9,628 bases of DNA from Octopus sinensis (taxonomy: Eukaryota), in NCBI RefSeq assembly GCF_006345805.1, contig NW_021827869.1, positions 1 to 9,628 of the forward strand, read 5' to 3'. Every line of letters starts with the position of its first letter. Position 1 is the first letter of the stretch. Below are positions 6,911 through 9,628 of the stretch, one piece after another. The notes below the pieces were generated by a model. It made no database searches. It was given only the letters and a program-made list of their open reading frames with translations, and was not told the DNA's origin. The position numbers and the translations under genes are program-made.

Positions 6911-7308
6911 GTGGAGGCGCAATGGCCCAGTGGTTAGGGCAGAGGACTTGCGGTCATAGGATCGCAGTTTCGATTCCCAGACCGGCCGTTGTGAGTGTTT
7001 ATTGAGCGAAAACACATAAAGCTCCACGAGGCTCCGGCAGGGGATGGTGGTGATCCCTGATGTACTCTTTCACCACAACTTTCTCTCACTCTTACTTCCT
7101 GTTTCTGTTGTACCTGTATTTCAAAGGGGCCGGCCTTGTCACTCTCTGTGTCACGCTGAATATCCCCGAGAACTACGTTAAGGGTATACGTGTCTGTGGA
7201 GCGCTCAGCCACTTACACGTTAATTTCACGAGCAGGCTGTTCCGTTGATTCGGATCAACCGGAACCCTCATCGTCGTAACCGACGGAGTGCTTCAAAAAA
7301 AAAAAAAC
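6911..7308 (+). mobile_element. Full-length tRNA-derived SINE with poly(A) tail and target-site duplication
   Basis: A box TGGCCCAGTGG at 6923-6933, B-box-like GTTTCGATTCCC at 6967-6978, A13 tail at 7295-7307. Exact 12-bp TSD AGGAAAGAAATT at 6899-6910 and 7309-7320 (15 bp with one mismatch). Confidence 0.93.
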
Positions 7309-7619
7309 AGGAAAGAAATTAAAGAAAATGCCAAGCGTACAAATGAAAAAGTAACCACGGTTATGAAAGAAATGAAAATCAACGAGGAACAAGTAAGTTA
7401 AATAACGGTAATAAATCTCATTGATTTATTGTCTTTCAGTCAGTGAATTGTCCTTTATCATTTTTGTAGGGATGAATTCCAATTATTATAGAATAAATTC
7501 AGTAAAAAAAAAAAAATAAATACGTAATGAGTAAGAAGAGGTGTATAAATTCGAAGTAATTTTGAAAAATATGTTTTGTAGGTGATTAAACAAATCGTTG
7601 TAGTTAATATACAGGTAAT

Positions 7620-7812
7620 AATATGAGGACAGTGATGATGAAGGAGATGATGCTGATAATGATGAGGAGGACAATGATGATGATAATGATGATTATAATC
7701 ACATTATTATTATTATTACTATTATTATTATTATTAATTATTATTATTATTATTATTATTTTTACTATTATTATTATTATTATTATTTTCATCATCATCA
7801 TCATCATCATCA

Positions 7813-7879
<67 letters not shown>

Positions 7880-7997
7880 TTCATCATAATCATCATCATA
7901 TCATCATCATTATTATTATTATTATTATTATTTTTACTATTATTATTATTATATTATTATATTTTCATCATCATTATCATCATCATCATCATCATCA

Positions 7998-8063
<66 letters not shown>

Positions 8064-8080
8064 TATTATTATCATCATCA

Positions 8081-8120
<40 letters not shown>

Positions 8121-8330
8121 CATCATCATTATTATTATTATTATTATTATAATCATTATCATCATCATTATTATTATTATCATTATTATTGTTGTTCTTG
8201 TTGTTGTTAATGTTGTTGTTATCATAATCATCATCGTTGTCGTTGTTGTTGAATTATCATAATCATTATCTTCATCATCAACATTACAACAACAACAACA
8301 ACAATAACGACAACAACGATAATCACTTTC
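7620..8330. repeat. Compound trinucleotide microsatellite (GAT/AAT, then ATT/ATC, GTT, AAC)
   Basis: Direct reading. Confidence 0.97.
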
Positions 8331-8627
8331 AGCAATCAACTAAGGTTCTCTCGGCTGATGTAATTTTGTGGGGGGGGGGTTCTTTGACTTTCATTAAGAT
8401 ATTATTATTATTATTATTGTTTTCTGTGATGACAAGTCAACGCAACCGCTGCCGATATGATAATCAGATGAGTGGGCAAAGAACACGCAGCAGTTCCCGA
8501 GCAGATCGACTGGTTCCGTCTGGGATTAACTTCAAAATAGTCTCCACCTAATCACGATAGACAGGACACGCATTCGCTCTCTTAATAACAGTCTTGACAA
8601 GACATTTGAAAGATAGCCGAAGTATAC

Positions 8628-8684
8628 GGAAGGAGAGAGAGAGAGAGAGAGGTCTGCAAAAAGGGGGAGAGCTAGAAAGGGAGA

Positions 8685-8724
<40 letters not shown>

Positions 8725-8830
8725 TAAAGAGAAACAGATGGGTTGCATTTGAGTGATGGCGGAAATATGGAAATAGATTCTGTAGCAACGTATGAGAGAG
8801 AGAGAGAGAGAGAGAGAGAGGGGGAGAGGA
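8628..8830. repeat. (GA)n and purine-rich tracts
   Basis: GA runs at about 8632-8650, 8688-8721 and 8793-8820. Confidence 0.92.
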
Positions 8831-8934
8831 AGTATTCATCTTGAAATATTAAGATAAAACTCTGGTTTCCTTCGTTTCCCATATTTCTATCATTTTGATT
8901 AATACTTTCCTTATCTGCTTCCCCTAATTTCTGT

Positions 8935-9000
8935 CTTTCTGTCATTCTTTTCTCTTTCTTTCTTTCTTTCTTTTTTTTTTTTTTTGGTTTTGTTTTATTA
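8935..9000. repeat. (TTTC)n/poly-T pyrimidine tract
   Basis: Direct reading. Confidence 0.85.
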
Positions 9001-9228
9001 GTTCTGTCATTCGTTCGTTCGTCCTTTCTTTCGTTATTTCTTCAGATCCTTCTTTTAGGGCTTTCTTCCGTCATTTCTTGTCTTTTTGGTAATGAACTTC
9101 CTTAAAGCCGTTACAAATTTGATTAAGTATCTGTTAAGATCTCTATAACAGCAGACGGTTTCGTCGAATAACAAGCAACGATATATAAACTCTTTATCAG
9201 AAAGTAGCATCGTGATCGTCTTAATTAT

Positions 9229-9545
9229 TTGACAATCATTATAATTATAAGCATCGTAATCATCAGAAATATAAGCATCACCACCACTACCACCACCACC
9301 ACCACCACCACCACCAGCTCCAGCGCTGCTGCTGCCGCTGCGTCCGCTATTGCTTTTCCCTCTGCCGCCGCTATTGCTTCTGCTGCTGCTACAGCCGCCG
9401 CCACCGCCACCACTGCCACCACCATCACCATCATCATAATCATCATCGCCATAATCGTCGTCATTGTCGCTGTGGTCGTCGTCGTGTAGTCATCATCATC
9501 ATCAACGCCATCGTTATCTTCGTCATGGTCGTTGTCATCGCCGTG
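9229..9545. repeat. Degenerate in-phase trinucleotide array (ATC-ACC-GCT-GCC-ACC-ATC-GTC)
   Basis: Direct reading. It produces the poly-T/A/I/V ORFs in the track. Confidence 0.9.
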
Positions 9546-9564
9546 GGTGTGGAACTTGGTTCCT

Positions 9565-9628
9565 TTGTGTCTGTGTCTGTCTGTCTGTCTGTCCGTCTGT
9601 TTTTTTATCTCTCTCTCTCTCTCTCACT
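9565..9628. repeat. (TGTC)n and (TC)n microsatellites
   Basis: Direct reading. Runs to the window edge. Confidence 0.9.

Noticed and set aside
8591-8603. Interrupted palindrome GTCTTG-A-CAAGAC
   Set aside because: A single 6-bp arm pair is expected by chance in a window this size, and there is no supporting context.
9025-9050. Minus-strand CTGAAGA-AATAAC-GAAAG hammerhead-like spacing
   Set aside because: No possible stem II, no stem I or III pairing, and it lies in a pyrimidine-rich low-complexity tract.

Overview
Eukaryotic, AT-rich, repeat-dense DNA with no intact protein-coding gene, rRNA, tRNA or CRISPR array. The SINE families and the large (AAT)n and mixed trinucleotide arrays resemble cephalopod (Octopus-like) genomic DNA; this is recognition from memory and was not verified. 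Contents in order: two Penelope-type minimal hammerhead-ribozyme-like motifs on the minus strand (85-120 decayed, 444-483 with catalytic core intact); a decayed unidentified minus-strand reading frame (about 660-1569); a roughly 1.5 kb (AAT)n tract (1722-3265) holding a 5'-truncated R4/Dong-clade non-LTR retrotransposon end (1953-2399), a 19-nt copy of that element's 3' terminus (1910-1928) and an unclassified 450-bp insert (2555-3003); six tRNA-derived SINE copies or fragments that share and swap modules, three insertions having visible target-site duplications; a fossil Penelope-like reverse transcriptase (about 5100-6898, minus strand, GLYRDD at 5861-5878) interrupted by a Helitron-like insert and flanked by SINEs; then mostly microsatellite (7620-9628). 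Most ORFs in the supplied track are microsatellite artefacts. The best leads are the microsatellite-targeted retroelement nest, the hammerhead motifs, the SINE mosaic and dimer, and the unidentified ORF remnant. Family assignments rest on remembered motifs, not database searches.
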